From Octopus sinensis (Eukaryota): 64,000 nucleotides of DNA. Made by a program: the position numbers and the translations under genes. How positions within the stretch are numbered: the stretch's first letter is position 1; every line of letters begins with the position of its first letter. Location of the stretch: the NCBI RefSeq assembly GCF_006345805.1, contig NC_043020.1:10416001-10480000 (forward strand), written 5' to 3'. The notes under the pieces are model-generated. The model did no database searches. It was given only the letters and a program-made list of their open reading frames with translations, and was not told the DNA's origin. Shown here piece after piece: positions 51,473 to 64,000 of the stretch.

Positions 51473-52678
51473 AAGAAATGGTATTATACGGCAGCGGGGG
51501 ACCGCAGGGAGGAGAAGGAGGAGGAGGAGGAAGAGGAGGAGGGAGAAGAAGAAGAAGAGGAGGAGGGGGAGAAGGAGGAGTATCACGTTTTATTCAATAT
51601 TTTAAAATGGACGAAAGACATTAAAAAAAATCAGTCGACGAAAATTAAACAAAGAATAATACTGAAAAATAAGAAATGGAAAAAGCCCAAAAGACTGGCT
51701 CAGTTCAATACAAAAACAGGGAATATCGCGATTTACCATTCTAGAGGGAGAATTTTGGGAAATTTGTAGAAATATTTCAAGGAAGCCCAAACATACATCG
51801 TAATACTGAGGGTGTTTGTTGGTGGCGACAGTGGTGGGAGGGAATAGTAACTAAATGTTTCTGAAGATTGGAGAGTAATGAGAAGAATTAAGCCCGCCCA
51901 ATCTGGAGGCGTGGTCTATTTCAGAATGAGGCAATTAATATAACTAAGATGACCTAAGTTCCTTCCCATATATATCACATATAATCCTTTCTGCTAATAG
52001 GCACATGATCTGAAAACAAAAGTGCTTAAAATATTTAATTTCATATATATATATAATATATATATATATATGTTTCAGCCGAAGTCGCGTCTCGCCTTCA
52101 CCTTCGAAACGCAGAGTTGATGAAACGATGGCGACTGAAGAAGGGGAATTTTCCTTGTGTTATTTGTCTTGTACTATATTTTTCCGTTGTTTAAGAAAAA
52201 TGTCCAGTTCCTTGGTTTTGTGCTTATGTTTTCGTTTCTCATTGTGTTCGACGTTTTTTTCTTGTGTGTCCTGTACCCATGTATGCATGTATATATACAT
52301 GTAGACGTAGGTACGTACATATGTGTATGTATATATGCATATGTCTTATTTATCAATTTGTTATTACACGACAGAACGCACGCATCCATTTCTAAGTAAG
52401 TTTGTTCTATACATACGCTTTACTCTTTTACTTGTTTCAGTCATTTGACTGCGGCCATGCTGGAGTACCGCCTTTAATTGAGCAACTCAACCCCGGGACT
52501 TATTCTTTGTAAGCCCAGTTCTTATTCTATCGGTCTCTTTTGCCGAACCGCTAAGTAACGGGGACGCAAACATACCAGCATCGGTTGTCAAGCAATGCTA
52601 GGGGGACAAACACAGACACACAAACAAACACACAACACACACACACACACACACACCACACACACCACACACACCACA

Positions 52679-52716
<38 letters not shown>

Positions 52717-53454
52717 CAATAATAATTCTCTAAATGAGATATAGACAGTGACTGCTCCATAACATAAGGGACATTAGCCAACTGAATATGGCTAGGGACA
52801 GGGCAGGGTGGTGGGGGTGTCACTGTTGCATTTAGCCCCAGGCGAACATCAACGTCACAGAAAGGCCGACGCATCACGGCGTCCTCTATCTTGCAAAGGG
52901 AGATCATTCCCCAAGAAGCGGATGCCACATACGGACCCAGGTTTCAAGGTGTATTGCCTATTATCAACGTATGGTAGGCACCGCTTCTCGACGAACAACT
53001 CACCGTGCAAGATATATATAAAGATTTTCAAGTAAATACATTTACTGATTTCGATCCCTAGCCATATTCAGTTGGCTAATGTCCCTTATGTTATGGAGCA
53101 GTCACTGTCTATATCTCATTTAGAGAATTATTATTGCTGTCGAACAGATTTTCGAAATCAGTAAATGTATTTACTTGAAAATCTTTATATATATCTTGCA
53201 CGGTGAGTTGTTCGTCGAGAGCGGTGCCTACCATACGTTGATAATAGGCAATACACCTTGAAACCTGGGTCCGTATGTTGGCATCGCTTCATGGGGAATG
53301 ATCTCCCTTTGCAAGATAGAGGACGCCGTGATGGCGTCGGCCTTTCTGGTGACGTTGATGTTCGCCTGGGGCTAAATGCAACAGTGACACCCCCACCACT
53401 CTGCCCTGTCCCTAGCCATATTCAGTTGGCTAATGTCCTTATGTTATTATATAT

Positions 53455-53499
<45 letters not shown>

Positions 53500-54070
53500 T
53501 AAATATTTTAAGCACTTTTGTTTTCCGATCATGTGCCTATTAGCAGAAAGGATTATATGTGATATATGGGGGAAGGAACTTAGGTCATCTTAGTTATATT
53601 AATTGCCTCATTCTGAAATAGACCACGCCTCCAGATTGGGCGGGCTTAATTCTTCTCATTACTCTCCAATCTTCAGAAACATTTAGTAACTATTCCCTCC
53701 CACCACTGTCGCCACCAACAAACACCCTCAGTATTACGATGCATGTTTGGGCTTCCTTGAAATATTTCTACAAATTCCCCAAAATTCTCCCTCTAGAATG
53801 GTAAATCGCGATATTCCCTGTTTTAGTATTGAACTGAGCCAGTCTTTTGGGCTTTTTCCATTTCTTATTTTTCAGTATTATTCTTTGTTTAATTTTCGTC
53901 GACTGATTTTTTTTAATGTCTTTCGTCCATTTTAAAATATTGAATAAAACGTGATACCCCTCCCCCTCCTTCCCCTCCTCCTCTTCTTCTTCTTCCTCCT
54001 CCTCTTCGACCTCCACCTCCTCCTCCTCCTCCTCCTCTGCAGTACACCGCTGCCGTGTAATACCATTTCT
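51473..54070. repeat. Nested fold-back: outer arms 51473-52075 / 53450-54070, inner A-B-A'-B'-A' structure 52715-53447
   Basis: Direct reverse-complement matches. Confidence 0.85.
52408..52625 (-). mobile_element. SINE family 1, 3' half
   Basis: Sequence match. Confidence 0.8.
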
Positions 54071-54079
54071 ATGACGCTA

Positions 54080-56820
54080 TTGATTGATTGATTGATTCTA
54101 GTTTCAGCTTATGAGCTGTGGCCATGCTGGGGCACCGCCATTTGGTGTTGCTACTTGGTTTCACTTCATGGAGGCTTTCTAGCAACTGCTATTTGGTGCA
54201 TGAGAGAGTTCGATGCAGCTGCCTCATCTGCCCCTCTGCCGTGAAGTTGGTTCATCTGGGAACACCTGACAGGAAGAGATCCAGCTTCATTTTAAAGACA
54301 TCTGTATCCACCCCATGCAGGTCTCTCAGGTTCTTCGGGAGGATATTGAAGAGCTGTGGGCCTCGGAAGCCCAGGCTATCACAGAATCTGTCCTACAACT
54401 TGATGGCAGGTTTGGAGTCCTAGGCACACGCAGTGGCGCCCAGTTCTGGCATTTGCGTAACTCTCGATGCCAAAGTTCAGGACACTTCCCTCCAGGATCT
54501 TCCAGATGTATATTATGGCATATCTTTCCGCCTACGCTCCAGGGAATATAATTTTAATCTCTTGAGTCTTCCCAGTAGCTTACATTCTGCATAGAGGCTA
54601 TCTTTTTGTGTAGCTTCGTTGGATCGCCTCAAGTTCTGTGATCAATTTGACACTGGATGGTGACCATAGCTGAGAGCAATAGTCAAAGTGGCTTAGACAA
54701 AGTGTCTTCCAGAGGACCATCATGGTTTCTTGTTCTCTTGTTCTAAAGGTTCTAAGAATCCATCCAGCCAGCCGTCTACATTTCATTGTCAGTTTAGCAA
54801 CATGTACCTGAAAGGTCGCGTCATCACTCATGTGAATACCCAGGTCACGCACTGATTGTGCCTCTGGGATTGCAATCCCTCCGGGTCCAGTGTATTCATT
54901 GGGTATTGCATTCAGTTTTGCATGCTGATAGTATAAGCTTGAAACTTTCCAGCATTGAACTGCATGCTATTCTTTTCAGCCCACTTGTATATTTCGTCCA
55001 GCTCACATTGCAGGTATTTAGTGTCCTCAGGGTTCTGTATTGCCTGTGAAACTTTTGTATCATCTGCATAAATTGTGATCGTGGCTCTCTGCGTGGCTGA
55101 GGGCATGTCTGACTGAGAGGGCCATTATGAACAGTAGTGGTCCCAGAACAGTGCCCTGCGGAACACCGCTCATATTGTGTATTAATGGAGGTGGCCCCAT
55201 TGGCTACTACCACCTGACTTCTATCTTCAGAAAGTCATGAAGCCATTCTCCCAGTTTTCAACTATGTTGAGATCACGCAGTTTGTGACATTATTCCATGA
55301 TCGATTTTATCAAAGGCCTTTACAAAGTCGAGATATATGACTTCCACATTTGAGTGGTGAGCATTGTTTCAGCACCAGTCATAGTGTTGTAGGAGCTGAG
55401 TTAAACAGCTTCTCCCTGGTCGGAAACCATGTTGGGGTCGGGCAGCAAGTCATTCTCTTCAAGGAAGGTGATCAGCTTCCTTCTGACTATTCGTTCCACG
55501 ACCTTGCTGATGTGTGAGGTGAGAGAGATAGGTCTATAGTTCTTGGCTTCAGCTCTGCTACCTCCTTTATGAATGGGGCATATTTTACCTTCCTTCAGTT
55601 TTCCTGGAAGTTTGCCAGCTGCAAGGAAGCTCTGAAAGAGGAACTGCAGTGGTCTTGCTAGGACTCTCTTACATGCTTTTAGGAGTTTTGCCGGGAATCC
55701 ATCGGGGCCAGTAGCTGAGTCTATTTTCATTTCATCTATAGCCTTGGTTACATCGTCTTCCTTTATATCGATGTAATCTATCGTCGCCGCCTCTGATTTT
55801 ATATCTGCAGTGGTAAAAAAAGTCAGTTGGATTGGTGATTTGGAGATGCCCAAGGGGTGGAGTGAAAACACTCTTGAATTGCTCATTCAGTATTTCACTT
55901 ACCCTCATTGGTTTTCCTGTAAGTGTGCCATCCTTTTCGAGGAGTGCCCTATTCTACAGTGCACCGTAGCTGTTTCTTTGGCATACCTGTAGAAAGCTCT
56001 GGGGTTAGATTTTATGTTTTCTATAGCCCAGGCTTCTTTGTCTGCTCTTTCTTTTCATGGGAGAGTTGCAGACATTTTCGATTTCCAACAGTTTTATTTT
56101 TAGGCGGGACTTTTCACTGCTTTCAATCTGTTTGTTTAGGCGATTTGAAAATTTCGTACGCCGTCTCATTAAAATTTTCCTCTCTCTGGGGATTTTGTTC
56201 TTGTGTACAGTGGCCTTTCTCTCTGGGACACATTTGTAGCATATGGCTTGCATTACAGACATGAATTGTTGAAGTTTCACGTCGATGTCTGGCGAGGAGA
56301 CATTTAGGCCAGTTTTGTTTGAGGATCTCTTTCTCAATTTGTTTCCAGTTTGCCTTATGGTAGTTCAAGCTGGAAAGATTTGAGGGTTCTTGTAGGCTGC
56401 ATGTCCGTGCTCTCTTTTGGCCCGTACATGGTCAGCTCTATCATGTTGTGATCCGAGAGTAGTGTCGGTGTCACTTTCACATTATGGATGAGATCCATGT
56501 CATTTGTGAAGCAGAGATCCAGTGTGTTACCTGCCCTAGTTGGTTGGAGTATTACCTGCTCCATGTACAGGGTGTTGATGAGGTTCAGGAGGGACCTCGC
56601 CTGTCCTCATTCACATCTTGTCATTCCTGGGAGAGAAAGGCCCTCGAGCCATCTGACATTGGGCAGATTGAAGTCTCCCATAAGAAGCACACCTATGTGT
56701 TGTTCTAATGTGGTTAGAATTTCTTCTATTTTCATAAGGCAGTCTTCAAACTTGCCCACATGGCTTGGGGCATCTGGAGGGCGATATGTAGCACACACAA
56801 CTACATCAAGTTGCCTAATA
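54080..56820 (-). mobile_element. CR1-group LINE, 5'-truncated, frameshifted (part of the APE endonuclease + RT)
   Basis: YRPPDA, GDFNLPN, NYRPISLTSH, GVPQGTVLGPLLF, YADDTK and DYCSQLWSP; (ATTG)n tail. Confidence 0.9.
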
Positions 56821-56990
56821 TGGCGCAGGAGTGGCTGTGTGGTAAGTACCTTGCTTACCAACCGTATAATTCTGGGTTCAGTCCCGCTGCGTGGTACCTC
56901 GGGCAAGTGCCTTCTACTATATAGTCTCGGGCCGACCAAAGCCTTGTGAGTGGATTTGGTAGACGGAAATTGAAAGAAGCCCGTCGTGTG
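56821..56990 (+). mobile_element. SINE family 1, 5' half, at the truncation point of CR1 copy 1
   Basis: Sequence match. Confidence 0.8.
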
Positions 56991-57049
56991 TCTGTGTGTG
57001 TGTGTGTCGCTTCGTCGGTTCGTTCCATCTCTTGTCCTCCATTTTAATT

Positions 57050-57057
57050 CTTATATA

Positions 57058-57122
<65 letters not shown>

Positions 57123-57390
57123 GTATATATATAATATATATATAATATATATATATATTATATTATATATATATATGTATGTATAATATATATATATATA
57201 TATATATGTATGATATATATATGTATGCATATATATAGTATGCATATATAATTATATGTATGTATATATATATGCATGTATATTTTTATGTATATTTATA
57301 TATGTATATATATATGTATGTATATATATATATATATTATATATATATATGTATGTATATATGTATATATATGATATATATATACATATA

Positions 57391-57424
<34 letters not shown>

Positions 57425-57490
57425 CTATTGTTATATATATATACATGTTTATATATATATGTGTGTGTATATATATATAATATATATATG

Positions 57491-57523
<33 letters not shown>

Positions 57524-57532
57524 GTATATATG

Positions 57533-57603
<71 letters not shown>

Positions 57604-57900
57604 GTATATATATATGTTATATATATATGTGTATATATATATGTATATATATATATGTGTATATATATATGTATATATATATACATATATATATATGTAT
57701 ATATATATATAATATATATATATATGTATATATATGTGTATATATGTATGTATATATATATGTGTATATATATATGTATATATATATGGTATATATATAT
57801 GTATATAAGTATATGTATATATATGTATATATGTATACGTATATAAATACATGCATATATATATGTACATACTACATATATATGTATATATGCATGCGTG
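57050..57900. repeat. Long degenerate (TA)n/(TATG)n microsatellite; representative of many (8600-8790, 11140-11700, 19370-19830, 22550-25250, 34075-34320, 37610-37785, 44980-45230)
   Basis: Directly visible simple repeats; source of the YI/VC/HT-repeat ORFs. Confidence 0.95.
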
Positions 57901-58219
57901 TATGGGTACAGGATATTAAAAAACGAAGACACAATGAGAAACGAGCCAGGCAACATAAAGAACATTCCCCTTCATCAGTTGTTCCCTGCTTCATCTACTC
58001 TGCGTCTCGAAGGTAAGCACAAGACGTGACTTCGTTGAAACAGTCCTTCCCGCAAAGCAAATTAAATAAAATTTGTGATTTTTTGCGGAGGGGAAAAATG
58101 GTAACGAAAAATAGGAGTCAGAAAAAAGACAGTAAAAAACAAACGGTGAGGGTCGTTAAAGCAAAACGATGTGAAGATTATGAACGCTAGAACGACGAGC
58201 TTTGAAAAGAGACAGGTAG

Positions 58220-58256
<37 letters not shown>

Positions 58257-58922
58257 AATTGAGATAGGGGTTATAAATGCAACCCTCCATGGGATAACAT
58301 ATATCCAAAATACTGCTAGTGAAGTACCCAAATGTTAATGATTGCGATGCAATCAATTCATTTACTGTATTATATGGGCAAAGGTAAAATGATTTACCAC
58401 AAATTACAAATACAAGATAAGAAAATGGAGAATTACCTATTTCTTTACTACCCACAAGGGGCTAAACACAGAGAGCATAGACAAACGGATTAAGTCGATT
58501 ATATCGACCCCAGTGCGAAACTGGTACTTTATTTATCGACCCCGAAAGGATGAAAGGCAAAGTCGACCTCGGCGGAATTTGAACTTAGAATGTAGCGGCA
58601 GACGAAATACCGCTAAGCATTTCGCCCGGCGTGCTAACGTTTTTGCCAGCTCGCCGCCTTCCGCTAATGTTGTATAATAAGTAGAATATATTATATTTAT
58701 ATTTACTTATATCTCTATTCTCTTTTATATATATTCTACTTATTATACAACATTACTCTTTTATGTACACTTTTTTATGTACATTCCTTTCTGTACACTG
58801 ATTTGTTCTGCTTTTAATATTTAACCCTACAGTCTCTTATGTGGTGGTTTAATAAAGTATGCGATTGAGAATTATCTGGTAATTGATATTTGATTTAGTG
58901 GTATTTCTCCATTTTCTTATCT

Positions 58923-58954
<32 letters not shown>

Positions 58955-59113
58955 TATAGATATATATATATATATTATATTATATCTTTATATATTATAT
59001 ATATATTATATATATATTTTTTTATTATATATATGAAAAGTAGAAAAGTATGAAAAAAAAAGTTAAAAAAGAAAAGTATATTAATATAATACATATATAC
59101 ATACACACACACA

Positions 59114-59150
<37 letters not shown>

Positions 59151-59689
59151 CAGAAATATGTTACGAAAAGAAAATATAAAATATACGTGGAAATGTAAGG
59201 GTAAAATATGAAAAATCAACGAAAATGCATATTACACATAGAAAAAGGCTATTTATGACAGGTAGTGACAAATATATACATTTAGATTGACTTAGGTAGC
59301 AATACGAGTCATGAAGGTCATTATTATGAGATGATTATAAGAAGTAAATAATAATAATAAAGTAAGAGACCGAAACGAACCAATTGGTTTAGACGTGGGC
59401 TATTCATCGTTTGAACAACACGTTTGTTCAAACGATGACTTTCATGACTCATATTACTACCTAAGTCAATCTAAATGTATATATTTGTCACTACCTGTCA
59501 TAAATAGCCTTTTTCTATGTGCAATATGCATTTTCATTGATTTTTCATATTTTATCCCTATATATATATATATATATATAGGGATAAAATATCAAAAATC
59601 AATGAAAATGCATATTGCACATAGAAAAAGGCTATTTATGACAGGTAGTGACAAATATATACATTTAGATTGACTATGTATATATATAT

Positions 59690-62600
59690 GATTTTGATTT
59701 TGATTTTGATTTTTCCAGTTTCAGCTAATGAGCTGTGGCCATGCTGGGGCACCGCCATTTGGTTTGCTACACGATTTTACATCACGGATGCTTTTTGGCA
59801 AACGCCATCTGATGCATGAGAGAGTTCGATGCAGCTGCCCTCATCTGCACCTCCTGCCGTGAAGTTGGTTCATCCGGGACACCTGACAGGAAGAGATCCA
59901 GTCCTACTTTAAAGACATCCGCATCTACACCATGCAGGTCCCTCAGGTTCTTCGGGAGGATATTGAAGAGCTGTGGGCCTCTGAAGCCCAGGCTATCACA
60001 ATATATTGTCCTACATCTTGATGGCAAATTTGGAGTTCTTGGTACTACGCAGTGGCGTCCGGTTCTGGCATGTGTGTGACTCTCGATGCCAAAGTCTAGG
60101 ACAAGACCTTCCAGGATCTTCCAGATATATATTATGGCATATCTTTCTCGCCTACGCTCCAGGGATAGAGCTTAATCTCTTGAGTCTTTCCCAGTAGCTC
60201 ATATGTGCACAGAGGCTATCTTCTTCGTGTAGCTTCGTTGGATCGCCTCAAGTTCTGTGATCAACTTGACACTGGATGGTGACCATAGCTGAGAGCAGTA
60301 GTCAAAGTGGCTTAGGACAAATGTCTTCCAGAGGACCATCATGGTTTCTTGTTCTCTTGTTCTAAAGGTTCTAAGAATCCATCCAGCCAGCCGTGTACAT
60401 TTCATTGCCAGTTTAGCAACATGTACATGAAAGGTCGCGTCATCATTCATGTGAATACCCAGGTCACGCACTGATTGTGCCTCTGGGATTGCAGTCCCTC
60501 CGGGTCCAGTGTATTCATTGGGTATTGCATTCAGTTTTGCATGCTGATAGTATAAAGCTTGAAACTTTTCAGCATTGAACTGCATGCTATTCTTTTCAGC
60601 CCACTTGTATATTTCGTCCAGCTCACATTGCAGGTGCTTAGTGTCATCAGGGTTCTGTATTGCCTGTGAAACTTTTGTATCATCTGCATAACTTGTGATC
60701 GTGGCTCTCTGCGTGGCTGAAGGCATGTCTGAGAGGGCCATTATGAACAGTAGTGGTCCCAAAACAGTGCCCTGCGGAACACTGCTCACTATTTGCGTGT
60801 TAATGGAAGTGGCCCCATTGGCTGCTACCACCTGACTTCTATTCTTCAGAAAGTCATGAAGCCATTCTCCCAATTTTCCAACTATGCCAAGATCACGCAG
60901 TTTGTGACATATCATTCCATGATCGATTTTATCAAAGGCCTTTGCAAAGTCGAGATATATGACTTCCACATTTGAGTGGTTGAGCAGTTGTTTCAGCACC
61001 CAGTCATAGTGTTGTAGGAGCTGAGTTAAGCAGCTTCTTCCTGGTCGGAAACCATGTTGGATGTCAGGCAGCATGTCATTTTCTTCAAGGAAGGTGATTA
61101 GTTTCCTTCTGACTATTCGTTCCATGACCTTGCTGATGTGTGAGGTGAGAGAGATAGGTCTGTAGTTCTTGGCCTCCGCTCTGCTACCTCCTTTATGAAT
61201 AGGGCATATTTTACCTTCCTTCAGTTTTTTTGGAAGTTTGCCAGCTGCAGGAGCTCTGAAAGAGGATCTGCAGTGGTCTTGCTAGGACTCTCTTACATAC
61301 TTTTAGGAGGATTGCCGGGAATCCATCGGGGCAATAGCTGAGTCTGTTTTCATTTCATCTATAGCCTTTATTACATCGTCTTCCTTTATATCGATGTAAT
61401 CTATCGTCGCCGCCTCTGATTTTATATCTGCAGTGGTAAAGAAGTCAGTTGGATTGGTGATTTGGAAATGCCCGAGGGGTGGAGTGAAAACACTCTTGAA
61501 TTGCTCATTCAGTATTTCACTTACCCTCATTGGTTTTCCTGTAAGTGTGCCATCCTTTTCAACGAGTGGCCCTATCCTACAGTGCACTGTAGCTGTTTCT
61601 TTGGCATACCTGTAGAAAGCTCTGGGGTTAGATTTTATGTTGTCTATAGCCCAGGCTTCTTTATCTGCTCTTTCTTTTTCATGGGAGAGTTGCAGACATT
61701 TTTCAATTTCCAACAGTTTTATTTTCAGGCGGGACTTTTCACTGCTTTCAATCTGTTTGTTTAGGCGATTCGAAATTTTGGTACGCCGTCTCATTAAAAT
61801 TTTCCTCTCTCTGGGGATTTTGTTCTTGTGTACAATGGCCTTTCTCTCTGGGACACATTTGTATCATATGGCTTGCGTTACAGACATGAATTGTTGAAGT
61901 TTCACGTCGATGTCTGGCGAGGAGAGACATTTAGGCCAGTTTTGTTTTAGGATCTCTTTCTCAATTTGTTTCCAGTTTGCCTTATGGTAGTTCAAGCTGG
62001 AAAGATTCTGAGGGTTTCTTGTAGGCTGCATGTCCGTGCTCTCTTTTGGCCCGTACATGGTCAGCTCTACCATGTTGTGATCCGAGAGTAGTGTCGGTGT
62101 CACTTTCACATTATGGATGAGATCCATATTATTTGTGAAGCAGAGATCCAGTGTGTTACCTGCCCTAGTTGTTGGAGTATTACTTGCTCCATGTACAGGG
62201 TGTTGATGAGGTTCAGGAGGGACCTCGCCTGTCCTCGTTCACATCTTGTCATTCCTGGGAGAGAAAGGCCCTCGGACAATCTGACATTGGGTAGATTGAA
62301 GTCTCCCATAAGAAGTACACTTATGTGTTGTTCTAATGTGATTAGAACTTCTATTTTTATAAGGCAGTCTTCAAACTTGCCTACAGGGCTTGGGGCATCT
62401 GGAGGGCGATATATAGCACACATAACTACATAATTGCCTTATATGTACAATTAGTGTGTCACACACCAGAGTTTGAGTATGACAAAAGGACCTGGGGTGT
62501 GAGGTCCTCACGGATGTACATAGCAACTCCTCCATGACTCCTTTCTTTTCTGTCGGTCCGTAGTACAACACACTGTGGTATGTGTAACTCCGCATCTGCT

Positions 62601-63620
62601 ATGTCCGGTTTCAGGTGCGTTTCCGTAAGTGCTATGCATAAGGCTTGATTGCATGCGACAAAGTCTCTCAAGAACGGGATTTTTGTCCTGTTACTGAGTG
62701 TTTGCAGTCCTCTGATGTTCAGTAGGAGCATCGAGGTGAGGTGTATGTTGCTCCCGGCGGTGTCCATCTTGGGTCTGTTTGCTGTGGTGGTCTTGTTTAT
62801 TGTGGGTAGTCCTACCTGCGAGCTTGGGTTTGATGAAGTCAGGTCAGCTGCTGTACAATCTTTTGTGCCATGCACAAAAAAGATTGTTGCTCAGCAGCTG
62901 CCCTTTCAACAACATCATGTTGGCGGTTTGTGGTACGCACCACATCTGCGTACCTCCGTTTTGGGGCAGGTGGTGCGTGGTCCATCCCTTTTCCTTTCGG
63001 TGGTTGGTTTCTGCGGCAGGGTCCCGGATGTGCAACACGGCAGCCTGCACCTTCCTCTCCAGGCCGGCTGGCACCTCTCAGGTAGAACCTACATACCCGT
63101 GTGCGCTGCTTGTTTCCATCCTTCTTGGCATATGGATAGTTAGGTTTGCTTCTATCCTAGGCTGTTTGGTTTTTTGGTTTTGCCTGAGTTTTAGTTTTAG
63201 TTTTTCCTCCTTTTTTGGTTCTTTCATCTCCATGTCCATGGCTTTTGGTGCCGGTAGGAGCACCCGCACTTGGGTTTACCTCCTGGGCAGGTTTCTCACT
63301 GGAGTTTTCTTCCTGGGCGTCTACCAGGTGGGAGTGACCTTTTTCATCAACGCCCGCGTCTCCATCCTTGCCATCTTTACTTTGTTCGCGTTTTTCGCTG
63401 TGAAAGATGGCATCCAGCGTGTTAATGTGCGATCTGACAAGTGCGTAGGAGCGTATAAATTCTTGCTTCTTCCGCTCTATTTGAGCTGACGTCCTTTTGT
63501 ATCCGCTGCTCTTCAGCGCAGCCGTAATTATGTTATTTGGATTTTCTCCGTCAGCGCATCACCATCCTCTCAGGAACAACGCCAGTTCGTCATTTTTCCA
63601 GGTTCTGGACATTCTTGATA
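59690..63620 (-). mobile_element. Near full-length CR1-group LINE (ORF1 with CCCH-like finger; ORF2 APE + RT), frameshifted
   Basis: LLNIRGL...ALTETHL...RSHGGVAMY (APE); ORF 60199-61125 has HGFRPGRSCLTQLL, YLDFAKAFDK and SYADDTK; ORF1 has CRFYLRG...GCRVAHPGPC; (GATTTT)n tail. Confidence 0.9.
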
Positions 63621-64000
63621 TTTTATCTATCTATCTATCTATCTAATTATATTAATTTATATTAATCTAATAGTGCAATAGGGGGTAGGGAAGAAATAGA
63701 GAAAGAGAGCGTCTATGTACTTAAGGAGAGATTGGGAGCCGAAAGAAGAGAGTAAGAGAGAAGAGGAAGAGGAGAGACTGAGAGATTAAGAGCTGAGAGA
63801 GGAGAGTAAGAAAAGAAGAGAGTAATGAAGAGACAAGGAGAAGCGTGAGGGAGAGAACTGAGGAGACAGAGAGAGAAGGAAGAAATAGAGAAAGAATATA
63901 TATATCTGTCCGCAGAAGATTTCTAAACGAAACTAATTGCACACACACAAACAGCTAAATAAAACACAAATATATACACATGTATACATATACATATATA

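Noticed and set aside
52142-52154. kB-like site GGGGAATTTTCC
   Set aside because: It lies inside repeat-derived sequence far from any predicted promoter and is not conserved between paralogs.

Overview
Repeat-rich, AT-rich eukaryotic DNA, most likely a coleoid cephalopod (Octopus-like). That assignment is an inference from the tRNA-headed SINE families and the dense (TA)n/(CA)n/(TAA)n microsatellites. Most ORFs in the supplied track are microsatellite or transposon noise. Hidden among them is a cluster of paralogous four-exon genes for type II membrane proteins with a C-terminal TNF-homology-like domain. Gene A (minus; 17186-16980, 13042-13015, 12021-11974, 7562-7189; 218 aa) and gene B (minus; 41935-41462, 40297-40255, 38412-38365, 34812-34424; 317 aa) splice into complete open frames with GT-AG sites and identical phases (0/1/1). 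A third, inverted paralog C (plus) shows exon 2 (47707-47749) and exon 3 (49773-49820) only. A and B share a conserved TATA+Inr promoter block. All three share a 174-nt intron-2 element that is about 95% identical, while exon 3 is only 69% identical between A and B. The rest comprises R4/Dong-like RLE LINEs in (TAA)n, two CR1-type LINEs, RTE, mariner and Penelope-like fragments with hammerhead-ribozyme-like motifs, a ~568-bp tandem array with a hammerhead-like motif per unit, MITE/HINE-like elements, many SINEs, and several kb-scale fold-back palindromes that may be real or assembly artefacts. All calls were made by eye; no database search was run.
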